Below, one piece after another: positions 41,187-50,437 of a DNA stretch of 64,000 nucleotides. The notes under the pieces are model-generated. The model saw nothing but the letters and a program-made list of their open reading frames with translations. It was not told the DNA's origin and made no database searches. The translations under genes and the position numbers were made by a program. The DNA lies in NCBI GenBank assembly GCA_038326365.1, contig JBBQJY010000002.1:17960-81959 (forward strand), written 5' to 3'. How positions within the stretch are numbered: position 1 is the stretch's first letter; each line of letters starts with the position of its first letter. This DNA is from Candidatus Curtissbacteria bacterium (GTDB lineage: Bacteria > Patescibacteriota > Microgenomatia > Curtissbacterales > GWA2-41-24).

Positions 41187-41462
41187 TTAATACAAATGAC
41201 CTCTCATCCTTTCTGTCACATAGTCATCTTTTATTGTCTTACAATCCTCGCATTTTTCTACATGAGAATTTAAATCATCCAAAAACTCATGAATACCCTT
41301 ACCTCGAACTCTAAAATCAATTACGCACATTCTTTCCACGAGCAAATCCTCAATAAGAATCTTGTCTGGATGTTCGCTCCCTTCCGGAATTACACGTAAG
41401 GCAGGACCCAAATCGGACAAATATTCAACTAAATGATCGCCTTCTTTACTCATAATTAACAC
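41187..41462 (-). CDS. hypothetical protein (91 aa, Cys-containing)
   Basis: ORF only. Confidence 0.25.
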   Translation of the reverse strand: MLIMSKEGDHLVEYLSDLGPALRVIPEGSEHPDKILIEDLLVERMCVIDFRVRGKGIHEFLDDLNSHVEKCEDCKTIKDDYVTERMRGHLY

Positions 41463-41486
41463 CTCCTTTCATACTTTTCTCCACTA

Positions 41487-41508
41487 AAAAACTCACCGAT
41501 TGGTGAGT
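41487..41508 (-). terminator. hairpin plus U-tract (rho-independent terminator-like) read on the minus strand
   Basis: 'CTCACC-gatt-GGTGAG' forms an inverted repeat, and an A6 run precedes it on the plus strand (U6 after the hairpin on minus). Confidence 0.3.
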
Positions 41509-41602
41509 TAAGGACTTTGGACGCGCTTAAACTACCAACCGAAGTTAGTCAGTTCTGCGCCACCAAGAGTTACTTCTTGCGTCCACAGATAAATTGTACT
41601 TG

Positions 41603-41633
41603 TTGACTTACTAGTTGTCAAAATGTCTATATT
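41603..41633 (+). promoter_or_regulatory. candidate sigma70-like promoter for the 41670 gene
   Basis: A -35-like 'TTGACT' is followed 17-19 nt later by 'TCTATATT', placed 35 nt upstream of the ATG. By eye only. Confidence 0.2.
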
Positions 41634-41669
41634 TGATTTCAAAAAATCAAAGATATAAAATTTGCCCCC

Positions 41670-42338
41670 ATGTCAGAAAAAAAGCCGGGAGCCGAAATAG
41701 CATTTCTTCATATCAGCCCTATTTATGCACCCTTAGCCCAAAAATGGCCAATAGATTTAGAAAAGTGGATCGCAGAACCAGAATGGAATGGACCGCATGT
41801 GATTGTATATATCACACCCGGATCTAACTCAATAAAAACTGAAAATGGTCCTATAACAGCCAAATTTCCCGAGTTTCAACCAGGGCTTATAAGACTTGGC
41901 GAAAATCACAAAGCAATCGCCCTTGCCAGAATTATCCACAGAAAAACAAAAGCAACAAACTCCAATACTTCTCAAGAACGAAAGTTAGTCCAAGACCGAA
42001 TCGACGGAAAATTAAAGCCAGAATCAAGTCTCGAAAAACAATTTGCCGTGTGTCACTTGGTGTTTACAGACTTGATCTCCCTAGATGGAGACGATTTGAG
42101 ACTGTGGCCTTTAAGCTCGCGAAAAAAGAAGCTCGAAAATTTTCTGTCCACACTCCGCGAAGGTCAATCAGAAATTTATCAGTCACCCTACTCAGCAGAT
42201 CTAGGCGCAATGATGCAAAAGGCAAAAAATCAAGGTTTTGCTGAAGTCGTCTTTAAGAGAATTGACAGTGAATATAGGTTGAAATCTGGGACAGACCATA
42301 ATTGGAAAAAATTCAAAACTGAACGAAATCCCAAATAG
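41670..42338 (+). CDS. ATP-dependent ligase-like nucleotidyltransferase-domain protein with degenerate motif I
   Basis: 'VFTDLISLDGDDLRLWPLSSRKKKL' matches ligase motif IIIa/IV and 'AEVVFKRIDSEYRLKSGTDHNWKKFK' matches motif V. The motif I position reads 'EPEWNGPHV' in place of 'EPKxDGxR'. Confidence 0.45.
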   Translation: MSEKKPGAEIAFLHISPIYAPLAQKWPIDLEKWIAEPEWNGPHVIVYITPGSNSIKTENGPITAKFPEFQPGLIRLGENHKAIALARIIHRKTKATNSNTSQERKLVQDRIDGKLKPESSLEKQFAVCHLVFTDLISLDGDDLRLWPLSSRKKKLENFLSTLREGQSEIYQSPYSADLGAMMQKAKNQGFAEVVFKRIDSEYRLKSGTDHNWKKFKTERNPK

Positions 42339-42774
42339 TATATTTCCCCACAGACAAGATAAACTTTTTTTGCGCCATCTCAAGTCCATGTTTTAAATCT
42401 CCAGAGCCCATATGCACATTTTGAAGATTCATAACATTATTATCTATATAAAGAGGCAGACCAACTAAAATTGGACAAACAGCACCAACAGCAACACCTA
42501 CAACTCGCAATACCTCCTCAGGCTTTGCCAATTCACTCTTGCCTCCAAACTTTGTTCTGATTTTTTTAAAATCCACGCGATCGCTGCCTCTGAGTGCCAA
42601 AGCTATAAAAGACCCGTCGGCAACTCGCACAATCAATGTCTTAACCACCTGATCCAGACTTATTCCAGCATTTACCACGTCGGCAACAGTAAAAGCCTTT
42701 TGGTCTAAGTTAACTACCCTAAAGGGCAGTTTTAGGTCCCGCAGGTGTCTCTCTATTTGTTTTAGGTTTGCCAC
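42313..42774 (-). CDS. YbaK/ProX-type aminoacyl-tRNA deacylase domain protein
   Basis: 'VKTLIVR…GSFIALALRGSDRVDFKKI' matches the YbaK fold. Confidence 0.65.
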   Translation of the reverse strand: MANLKQIERHLRDLKLPFRVVNLDQKAFTVADVVNAGISLDQVVKTLIVRVADGSFIALALRGSDRVDFKKIRTKFGGKSELAKPEEVLRVVGVAVGAVCPILVGLPLYIDNNVMNLQNVHMGSGDLKHGLEMAQKKFILSVGKYTIWDFVQF

Positions 42775-42997
42775 TTAATCCTTCCCTTTCTATTATGTCA
42801 CCCAAAATCCTAGATTGAATTGCTCTTCTTCTCTTTATCGCCTCTTCACTCTCACCCGTAACAATCTTTCCAGCTTCCTCCTTGGCACCGGCAATAATGA
42901 CCATCGCCCGAGACAATTCAGGGTCATCCGCGATCAATCTAAGTTTATCTCTCTCTATAATGCTTATTTCACCCGCCTTTCTAATTTTTCTCCACAA
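42719..42997 (-). CDS. hypothetical protein (92 aa)
   Basis: ORF only. It overlaps the ybaK start. Confidence 0.2.
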   Translation of the reverse strand: MWRKIRKAGEISIIERDKLRLIADDPELSRAMVIIAGAKEEAGKIVTGESEEAIKRRRAIQSRILGDIIEREGLSGKPKTNRETPAGPKTAL

Positions 42998-43303
42998 AAA
43001 AACCCGCCTATCTGGCGAGTCTTGTCTTGGTATTGGGTTGAAAAACCTACCTACAAAACTCGCCTTAGCGAGTAAAGTAGAAGAAAAAGGTTTTCAAACT
43101 AACCAACATGTACAAATGAGCAGACGCTTCCTAAACAAATAATAAGAGCTTTTCAGCTAATATAATAATAGCAACTTAGCAGATCAGTCTGCCCTCTGCT
43201 AAGCCTTTCACCTCAAAAGAGCATTACTCTTTTACCCCTAAATTATATCAATCCAAGACCGTAAGTGTCAACTTTTATGGCAGCAAGCCTACTCAAGTGC
43301 CAG

Positions 43304-43377
43304 TAGCAGGGGTGGGGATCGAACCCACGACCTTGGCGTTATGAGTGCCACGCTCTGACCGACTGAGCTACCCTGCC
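43304..43377 (-). tRNA. tRNA with anticodon CAT (elongator Met or Ile2-type)
   Basis: The reverse complement reads 'GGCAGGGTAGCTCAGTCGGTCAGAGCG…CTCATAA…GGTTCGATCCCCACCCCTGCTA'. CCA is not encoded. Confidence 0.8.
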
Positions 43378-43436
43378 AATTGTGTGAATTGTATCAAACA
43401 AAAAAAGACCCTACAACTTATTTGCTTCTTGCTAGG

Positions 43437-44330
43437 TCAATACTCTTCATTGTCACCTGCCGCAATAACTTTCCAAGTTTTCTCTCCTGCACCTAAACCC
43501 TCATCCATAACCGTTTGGATAGTTGATGTATAAATTAGCATGCCGCCAATATATGCATCCGATATTCTTCTTTTAATATATTTGTCGATTTGGTTAGCCT
43601 TTTGGCAGGTAGGGAAGATTAAAAGCAGTGTTGGAAACTTGTAGGCAAGCCCCTTGATTTGTTTCCCATCACTTTCCTCGTAGGCTTCAATGTATTTATC
43701 TATTTTGTAACGTATTGCATACCTGGGGACGTGCGGATCAAAAAGGATAATATACCAGGAAGATTCTTCAATTTTGTCTTGGGTGACGAGTGACTTTTCA
43801 AAATGGGCATCGGGAATTAAGTCCTGGATATCCCTGAATTCAACTTCCCCTGTTTGGTGAATTTTCTCATAAGTCCAGATTTCGGATTTTGTTTCAAAGA
43901 AATATTCCCTGTCTTTGTTCTTGTCAGCTTTTTCAATTCCCTTAAACTGGAGGTAGATGTCAAAGATAGTTGTCGAGTGGTCTATGAAGTTTTGCGATGC
44001 GAGTCTGTCCTGATAGTACTTTTTAAGGTACTTTAAATCAACAAAATCTTCAAAACCCAAACTCTCCATTCCTCCCCATCTAGCACGGATGATTCCATTG
44101 TTTCCTAGGTAATAAATGGCTGGCTTGGTATTTTCCAGCAGCTTAGTTGAATAGATTCTACCAAGATATCCTTTCTCAACCAGCTCCTTTAGCCATTTGT
44201 TAAGCCTCGATGGGTCTTTATGCTCAATAAGTGTCTGCAGCTGTCTTCTTGTTATGAATCTAAACCTAAATACCAAATCAACTATTTCTTCAAGCTTCAC
44301 TGATATCTCAGGTTGTTCTCTAAAGTTCAT
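43437..44330 (-). CDS. hypothetical protein with N-terminal winged-HTH (replication-relaxation-like)
   Basis: The N-terminal 'FITRRQLQTLIEHKD…NKWLKELVEKGYLGR' looks like a wHTH. It is flanked by two tRNAs. Confidence 0.3.
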   Translation of the reverse strand: MNFREQPEISVKLEEIVDLVFRFRFITRRQLQTLIEHKDPSRLNKWLKELVEKGYLGRIYSTKLLENTKPAIYYLGNNGIIRARWGGMESLGFEDFVDLKYLKKYYQDRLASQNFIDHSTTIFDIYLQFKGIEKADKNKDREYFFETKSEIWTYEKIHQTGEVEFRDIQDLIPDAHFEKSLVTQDKIEESSWYIILFDPHVPRYAIRYKIDKYIEAYEESDGKQIKGLAYKFPTLLLIFPTCQKANQIDKYIKRRISDAYIGGMLIYTSTIQTVMDEGLGAGEKTWKVIAAGDNEEY

Positions 44331-44580
44331 ATCATATTTAGATTACTTGTAAGCAGTTAGTTCTTAAGCAGAGGAACAGTTAAAGTAGCAAAAGCAGCAG
44401 ATCAAAGACAGTGTTTTCCTAAAGAGTAGACAGTATTAGCTCAGGTAGAGCAGGTGAATGAAATTGTACAAAGCCGCACGTTATATTACAACTCTTCCTT
44501 TTACTTGTAAAAGGGTAAAGAACAGAACTTTAGATTATCATTTTAAAGCTAAAAATAGTGGCACACAACGCACACTTAAA

Positions 44581-44598
44581 GTCCTAGCCAGCTAGGAC
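44581..44598. repeat. perfect palindrome / hairpin
   Basis: 'GTCCTAGC-CA-GCTAGGAC' is a perfect 8-bp stem in the 430-nt non-coding region 3' of the minus-strand tRNA. Confidence 0.3.
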
Positions 44599-44773
44599 TA
44601 AGCTCGTGCGTGAGCAAAGCCTATTTATTTAAGGTATTTTTGATAGTAATTGTTTTTTTTAGAAGATATAAGATTCGGAAAGATACTCTTTTTCCTTGGA
44701 TGTATCCGAACACCACAATTAGCCAGTACTTTCAAGCTATTTTGGATATTCGACACGAAAGCGTCTCACTCTG

Positions 44774-44844
44774 TAGCGGGGGCGGGAGTCGAACCCACTT
44801 CTGGAGATTATGAGCCTCCCGAGATGCCGTTTCTCTACCCCGCG
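44774..44844 (-). tRNA. tRNA with anticodon CAT and an initiator-like acceptor stem
   Basis: The reverse complement reads 'CGCGGGGTAGAGAAACGGCATCTCGGGAGGCTCATAATCTCC…GTGGGTTCGACTCCCGCCCCCGCTA'. The 5' 'CGCGGGG' and 3' 'CCCCGC', the mismatched C1·U72 and the A11:U24 pair are as in bacterial tRNA-fMet. The anticodon stem lacks the canonical three G-C pairs. Confidence 0.55.
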
Positions 44845-44897
44845 TCGTTTGTGTAACTGAGAATTCTAGCTTCAATTTGCCCTTTTGTCAATGAATC

Positions 44898-45245
44898 TTA
44901 TACTTTATTCAGAAGCAGATTGCGCCACTTTTTCCAATTTGGAATAACCTTTTTGCTTACCGTGTCCACCTCAACCGTCTGTTTATTCGGCAGTACGAAC
45001 ACCTGCTCCCCTTCTTTGGCTAAACCCAATTTGTCTCGAATCTCACCTTCGGCAAATTTCTCGCTTTTTTTATACTCATATTCGCGCCTCAGTGCATCAT
45101 TTTCTTGTTTTAATTGCTCAAGCCGCTTTTCCTGGTCTTGGACTTCGTTTGAAGTTGTTCGCAACGACATAATCTTCCCAAAGCTATTTGAAGCTAAAAT
45201 TAAAGAAATTACAACAGCACAAATGAGAAGTAAGTTTCGCTTCAT
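44898..45245 (-). CDS. FtsB/DivIC-like septum-formation initiator (TM plus coiled coil)
   Basis: A single N-terminal TM helix is followed by 'RLEQLKQENDALRREYEYKKS…FAEGEIRDKLGLAKEGEQVF', which matches the FtsB family pattern. Confidence 0.45.
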   Translation of the reverse strand: MKRNLLLICAVVISLILASNSFGKIMSLRTTSNEVQDQEKRLEQLKQENDALRREYEYKKSEKFAEGEIRDKLGLAKEGEQVFVLPNKQTVEVDTVSKKVIPNWKKWRNLLLNKV

Positions 45246-45436
45246 CAGTTAACATGATATCAAAGTTTCAATGTTCAGCCAGCCTCCAAAAGTAAGGCTT
45301 AGCGAATATAGTAAAGACTATTGACAAAGCCCATAGCACAAAGTATACTCATTGTGCCTGCACGAACCGCCTGTTACATTCAATTCAAAGAGTGTGGCCT
45401 GCTTATTCACTCTAGCCCAAAAATCTGCTGCCATAT

Positions 45437-46312
45437 ATGAAAAAATTAGACGACGCACACAAAGAATTTGTCGACCATTTAAAAGGCAAAAAAAGAGCCT
45501 CGGCTACTGTGCTTGCTTACGGCAAGGACATAGAACAACTCGTTAAATTTTTAAACAAGCTTCAAAAGTTGCATGTTCACGAGGTAAAACCGGAAGACAT
45601 CAGGAGCTTTTTAGAAAAACTTCAAACTACGGGTTACACACAAAAATCACTGTCTCGCAAGCTAAATTCAACGAAAACTTTCTTCCGTTTTCTAAAAATC
45701 AAAGAATACATTACAGACGACCCAGCTTCCTTGGTCGAACACCCTCGATTTGAAACCAAACCACCCCGAATATTAACTCCAATTGAATATCGTGCTCTGC
45801 GCGACGCAGCCCGAGACGACGTCAGAATTGCCGCAATTATCGAAATTCTTCTACAAACCGGCGTTCGAATTGGTGAATTGGCGAACCTTAGAATCGATGA
45901 TGTTTTCTTCAGCGAGGAAACCAAAGAAGGCCATCTTTACGTTCGGCCTCAAGAAAATCGCCCGGAGAGAACAGTTCCCTTAAACAAAGCAGCCGAATCT
46001 GCCCTCAGAAAATACTTAGAAGTCAGACCTAAAACTACAAATCGAGCTCTGTTTGTGACCAAAACAGGCAAACCGCTCCTTGTCAGAAACATCAGAACGG
46101 CAATCGACCGATATTACAAAAAGGCAGGTATAACAGGCGCTAAAGTTAACGACCTAAGACACACTTGGGTTGCTCACCATCTCTCAAGCGGAGCATCACT
46201 TGTTCTTATTTCCAAAATTGCCGGCCACAAAAGACTTTCTACAACAGAAAGATATCTTTCGCTCATCCAGCCTCCAAAAGGCGAGGAAAAACTTAGACTC
46301 GAACAGCTCTAA
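45437..46312 (+). CDS. tyrosine site-specific recombinase (XerC/XerD/phage-integrase family)
   Basis: The catalytic box 'LRHTWVAHHL' and 'AGHKRLSTTERYLSL' (R…HxxR…Y) are preceded by an N-terminal SAM-like domain. Confidence 0.8.
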   Translation: MKKLDDAHKEFVDHLKGKKRASATVLAYGKDIEQLVKFLNKLQKLHVHEVKPEDIRSFLEKLQTTGYTQKSLSRKLNSTKTFFRFLKIKEYITDDPASLVEHPRFETKPPRILTPIEYRALRDAARDDVRIAAIIEILLQTGVRIGELANLRIDDVFFSEETKEGHLYVRPQENRPERTVPLNKAAESALRKYLEVRPKTTNRALFVTKTGKPLLVRNIRTAIDRYYKKAGITGAKVNDLRHTWVAHHLSSGASLVLISKIAGHKRLSTTERYLSLIQPPKGEEKLRLEQL

Positions 46313-46362
46313 GTACCTCTTGACACCAAAGAGCTGTTATCCGATACTAAATCGACTCTGCC

Positions 46363-47217
46363 ATGGGTATATTAAGTTTTTCAGATCGTCAACCAAAAAA
46401 GGGCTCAACACCCACAAAGATTTCTCCCACTGTACTCTCTCTTCTTAATCTAACTCAACAAGACATTGATGCTCATAACAAAAATATTCTGCAAAAAGAA
46501 GCAATAGCAGAAGGGCGTCAATACTATAAGGAAGTAAAAGACGAGACAAACATTATGTCCGCTCCCCCGGTCAAACTTGGCGAAATTGCTCTAAATCCCA
46601 GTACTGCCGACAAAAGCGATCTGGTCGATTCTCTAAAAAAACAGGTTGCTGGAATGCAAACTGCGCTTCACTCAGACGACGTCGCCAAACTTAACCTTTT
46701 AATAGAAGGGTTCGCCGAAGGTTACACTGAATCCGCTCTCGAAAATGGTGATTGGCAAACAGCCATCAAAGCAACAGACGCCGGCACTCAAGGCGGCATT
46801 TTAGAAAAACAAGATTTACTAAAAAAATTAAACGAGCTCTTTGCAAGTGATAAAGAAACTCGCATTCAAATCGTAGAATTGACCCAAGAGCGCCTAAATG
46901 CAAACCCAGAAAGCGAGATAAAGACAGCAGTCACCCAGCCAACCACCCAGATGACCCCAACAATCAATGGTCAAACTTCTACCCCGCCGGATTCTGCCCC
47001 AACTCAAAAACCTAGTATGGAACCTACACTTCATCCACTTTCCGCTCAACCACAATTTGCACAAATTGGATCGGATCTCACCCAACCACAGGACACTCTT
47101 CAAACACCAAAAATAACTCTCGCGCAAACTAAAGCGCCAGAACCCCAAACAGGTCCTGACGGAATAATTTTAAGGCCAGTTCCCAAAGCTCCTTCGAACA
47201 TGGACCTTGCCGCTTAA
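46363..47217 (+). CDS. hypothetical protein with a Pro/Thr/Gln-rich C-terminal tail
   Basis: The ORF is low-complexity with no recognisable motif. Confidence 0.3.
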   Translation: MGILSFSDRQPKKGSTPTKISPTVLSLLNLTQQDIDAHNKNILQKEAIAEGRQYYKEVKDETNIMSAPPVKLGEIALNPSTADKSDLVDSLKKQVAGMQTALHSDDVAKLNLLIEGFAEGYTESALENGDWQTAIKATDAGTQGGILEKQDLLKKLNELFASDKETRIQIVELTQERLNANPESEIKTAVTQPTTQMTPTINGQTSTPPDSAPTQKPSMEPTLHPLSAQPQFAQIGSDLTQPQDTLQTPKITLAQTKAPEPQTGPDGIILRPVPKAPSNMDLAA

Positions 47218-47465
47218 TTCTTTTTTTTGAAGATACTAGAAAAAATATCCACCAACAAAATAACAACAATTGGAATAATCAGCAGTCTCCAGAACCAAGA
47301 CACAAAAAACACTGACCCTATTCCCACAATAGCCACAATTAAAAAAATCAGTTTATATAATAAGTTCATTGTTGATTAATCAGCTTTTCATCTGTTAGTA
47401 TATCTCCCATAGATTCTCTCGAGCAACCGAGGGGTCTTTTTTTTAAGGCCCAAAAAACAGCTAAA

Positions 47466-48284
47466 ATGACGGTAGACAGACCAGCAACCTTATATAAAAT
47501 AAATTTATCACCAAACATGGAAACTAAAGGAACACCACATTTTATAACCAAGCTTATTCGCGCTGACGACCCTGCTCGTTGTGTCGACGGCAGATCAAGT
47601 AAAGACTCAATTGAAGGGCCGCAAATGCTTGGAGGATCGATTCATCCAATTTTGCTCTCTTCAATCTACAATAATGAAATACTCGATATCGATTCGGTTA
47701 GAGATAAAATTACAATTATGCAAAAATCGGGTATCAAAACCGGCGCGCATAGAGATACAAATGCAAACAAATCGGTAAGTGGTTGTGGTTTAGCGGACAA
47801 TATAAAAGTTATTTTACAAACTGCAATTGAAAACAAAGAACAAATAGGCCGAGCAGTTAATGCTTTATACAACGAAAACAAAGGCCATTTTCCCAAATTC
47901 GACAAACCCTTTGGTATCCTACTAGAGGATACTTATAAAAAAATTGCGGCCTACGAAACAAGTAAGATTAAACTATTTGGAAATGCACTTGTTACAGCCA
48001 TTGAAAAAAATGGTTCTCAAGTAGAAACTGTCGAAGGTAATCACGCAGAACAGGTTGCTTTTGTAAACCTTGCCCAAGGCACAACTTTAGCAACGAAAGC
48101 TTTAAACGCATATAACGAACAGGCGTTTAACCTGGATATAAAAACCGTTGCAGAGACGGCAAAATTGCTTGGCTTACCAGAAGATTTTGTTTACCCAACA
48201 TCACTCGTAATGTACTTGGCAACCGAAATTGTATTGGTTGAAAACGCAAACAAGCCTGCAGTGCCCGTTCACGTACACTTCTAG
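47466..48284 (+). CDS. hypothetical protein (272 aa)
   Basis: ORF only. The start overlaps a 61-aa antisense ORF, which I consider spurious. Confidence 0.3.
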   Translation: MTVDRPATLYKINLSPNMETKGTPHFITKLIRADDPARCVDGRSSKDSIEGPQMLGGSIHPILLSSIYNNEILDIDSVRDKITIMQKSGIKTGAHRDTNANKSVSGCGLADNIKVILQTAIENKEQIGRAVNALYNENKGHFPKFDKPFGILLEDTYKKIAAYETSKIKLFGNALVTAIEKNGSQVETVEGNHAEQVAFVNLAQGTTLATKALNAYNEQAFNLDIKTVAETAKLLGLPEDFVYPTSLVMYLATEIVLVENANKPAVPVHVHF

Positions 48285-48357
48285 TGCGTTATTGCTAATT
48301 AGGCATCCTTTTGGTATATTTTGCCCCAAGAAATAGAACAAGAGTATAATCAGCGCA

Positions 48358-49581
48358 GTGGCCTCTTCTAAAGGGGGGCTTTTTTTAAGGGCAGATATGA
48401 ATTACTTTAAAAATTATAAATTGTTTTGTCCAGGGCCTGTTAACACCCACTTTTCAGTAAAGAAAGCCGCGGCTTCTTATGAAATCGGCCATCGCGAACC
48501 AGAGTTTTCAACTATTTTAACCTCCCTCAATAAGAAAATCTTAGATCTGTTTGTAGCAAATAACTCCGAACGATACCATCCTGTTTTTATAACCGGCTCC
48601 GGAACTGCCGCAAACGAAGCAGTTTTTGCGAGCATTGGTAAAAAAATTAAAGTATTAATCATTGCAAATGGAGAATTTGGTGAGCGACTTTTTGAAATTT
48701 CACAGCTGCATAACAATGCTGAGATTTTATCGTTTGAATGGGGTGAATCAATAAATTTGGTTCAGGTTGAAAAAAAGATTAAACAATTAAAACCGGATTT
48801 TGTGGCGGTTGTTCATCATGAAACTTCAACCGGTATGCTGAACCCTATCGAAAAAATTGGCCAAATTTGCAATCAGAATGGGATTAAGCTTTTTATTGAT
48901 GCAGTTTCAAGTCTTGGAGCCGAAAAAATTGATCTTGACAAAGTGGGCTTTGCTTTTCTTACCAGCTCATCCGGCAAAGCTATCGCCTCACTTCCTGGAA
49001 TCGGAATAATAATCGGCAAGAATGAAGAATTTCAGACCCTGAAAAATGTGAAAGGAAATGTTGCTTATCTAAATCTTTATAAACTGTACGTTTGGTCAAT
49101 AACTTTGGCCCAAACTCCCTGTACTCCAGCTGTACAATTATTTTGTGCACTCGAACAGGCAGTCAGCAATATTTTAAATGAAGATCCCGAATCCAGACGA
49201 GACTATATTCGTGCTCTGGCTGAGAAATTAAGAGATGGTCTCAAAGGCCTTGGTTTTGAATTCTTAATTGACGAATCGGAAATGTGCTCGATGCTAACTA
49301 CCGTGAAAGTACCGGAATTTATTAGAATAGAAAGTCTAAAAGACAATCTCAGGCAGCAAAATATTATAGTTTATAACGGCAAAGGTCCCTTGAAAGACAA
49401 ATTTTTTCAAATAGCAAATATTGGCAATATAAAACCCAAGGACGTTGATTATCTTCTAAAAACACTTGAGTCAATTATGGCTCCGTTTAGACTAACTAAG
49501 TTCAAAGATGTTAATGTCATTTCTAGAATGATTGATGAAAAAAGGCTTCGCGACGCAGCTATAACCAAAAGCGCAAACTAG
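48358..49581 (+). CDS. class-V aminotransferase (AGXT / PhnW-like)
   Basis: The N-terminal 'YKLFCPGPVNT' and 'VVHHETSTGMLNPI' are typical of class-V (PhnW/SPT) enzymes. Confidence 0.65.
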   Translation: MASSKGGLFLRADMNYFKNYKLFCPGPVNTHFSVKKAAASYEIGHREPEFSTILTSLNKKILDLFVANNSERYHPVFITGSGTAANEAVFASIGKKIKVLIIANGEFGERLFEISQLHNNAEILSFEWGESINLVQVEKKIKQLKPDFVAVVHHETSTGMLNPIEKIGQICNQNGIKLFIDAVSSLGAEKIDLDKVGFAFLTSSSGKAIASLPGIGIIIGKNEEFQTLKNVKGNVAYLNLYKLYVWSITLAQTPCTPAVQLFCALEQAVSNILNEDPESRRDYIRALAEKLRDGLKGLGFEFLIDESEMCSMLTTVKVPEFIRIESLKDNLRQQNIIVYNGKGPLKDKFFQIANIGNIKPKDVDYLLKTLESIMAPFRLTKFKDVNVISRMIDEKRLRDAAITKSAN

Positions 49582-49594
49582 CAATACTCCGTTC

Positions 49595-50389
49595 ATGAAG
49601 AATCCTATATTACAGACTAAAATTATCGAACAGCCCTACTTTAGCAATTGGGCTGACCAGGTTTTTCCTAGAGTAGCGAACAAAATTTTGCCGGTGATAA
49701 TTTCTTTTGATTTCATTACTCCGAATGTTGTGACAATCGTCAGCTTTCTTATCTATTTCTTAGGTTGTTTTTGTCTTTTTATTAACTTTCCAAATCATTT
49801 GATTTTTGCTTCAGTTCTTTTACCCATCTCCTATATAGGGGATTGCTTGGACGGACAATTAGCACGTTCTAAGAAAGTTTTTTCCGATCTTGGCAACTTT
49901 CTTGATAAAGTTTTGGACGTTTTAAAAATATTTATAATTTGCGGATCGCTATCTCTAGCTGTTTATTGGCAAAAACAAAACGTTTTATATATTTATCTAG
50001 GTTTTATTGCCTGCTTCTTCTTTTGTTGGCGATACTATATAAAACTTGAAACTATATTATCAGCAATTGGCCGCGACCCGCGATATTTGCAGAAATCAAG
50101 GGAAAAAAAGGAGGAGCTCAATAGTAGATTATCTATAAACTACGCAAAACTAAAGTCAACTTTCTTGGGAAGGTTAAAATTATTTTGGTTTTGGAACAGA
50201 ACAATATTTTTTGTAGATGAAGCAGAATTTGTTGTTTTTACATCTGTTTGTGCGCTAGTTAATAGGCTAGATATTGCTTTGTTAATTTTGGCGATTAGCC
50301 AGTTGGCAATTGGTACATTTCGATTTTTTGAACGAGCAAAACAAACAAACTCCAGGTCAGCTCGACTTCTTCTACCCATGCGAAAATAA
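49595..50389 (+). CDS. CDP-alcohol phosphatidyltransferase-family membrane protein
   Basis: The signature 'DCLDGQLARSKKVFSDLGNFLDKVLD' (D-x2-DG-x2-AR…G-x3-D-x3-D) is present, and the protein is multi-TM. Confidence 0.7.
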   Translation: MKNPILQTKIIEQPYFSNWADQVFPRVANKILPVIISFDFITPNVVTIVSFLIYFLGCFCLFINFPNHLIFASVLLPISYIGDCLDGQLARSKKVFSDLGNFLDKVLDVLKIFIICGSLSLAVYWQKQNVLYIYLGFIACFFFCWRYYIKLETILSAIGRDPRYLQKSREKKEELNSRLSINYAKLKSTFLGRLKLFWFWNRTIFFVDEAEFVVFTSVCALVNRLDIALLILAISQLAIGTFRFFERAKQTNSRSARLLLPMRK

Positions 50390-50437
50390 ATCTTTCGCCA
50401 ATATTGCAACTTTTTTCTAATTCATTATAATTTCTCT

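Noticed and set aside
47466-48284. Possible beta-carbonic-anhydrase-like metal site ('CVDGR' … 'GAHRD' … 'SGCG')
   Set aside because: The spacing between the His and the second Cys (H-x11-C) does not fit the beta-CA 'HxxCG' motif, and the resemblance is confined to one short block. The gene is kept as hypothetical.
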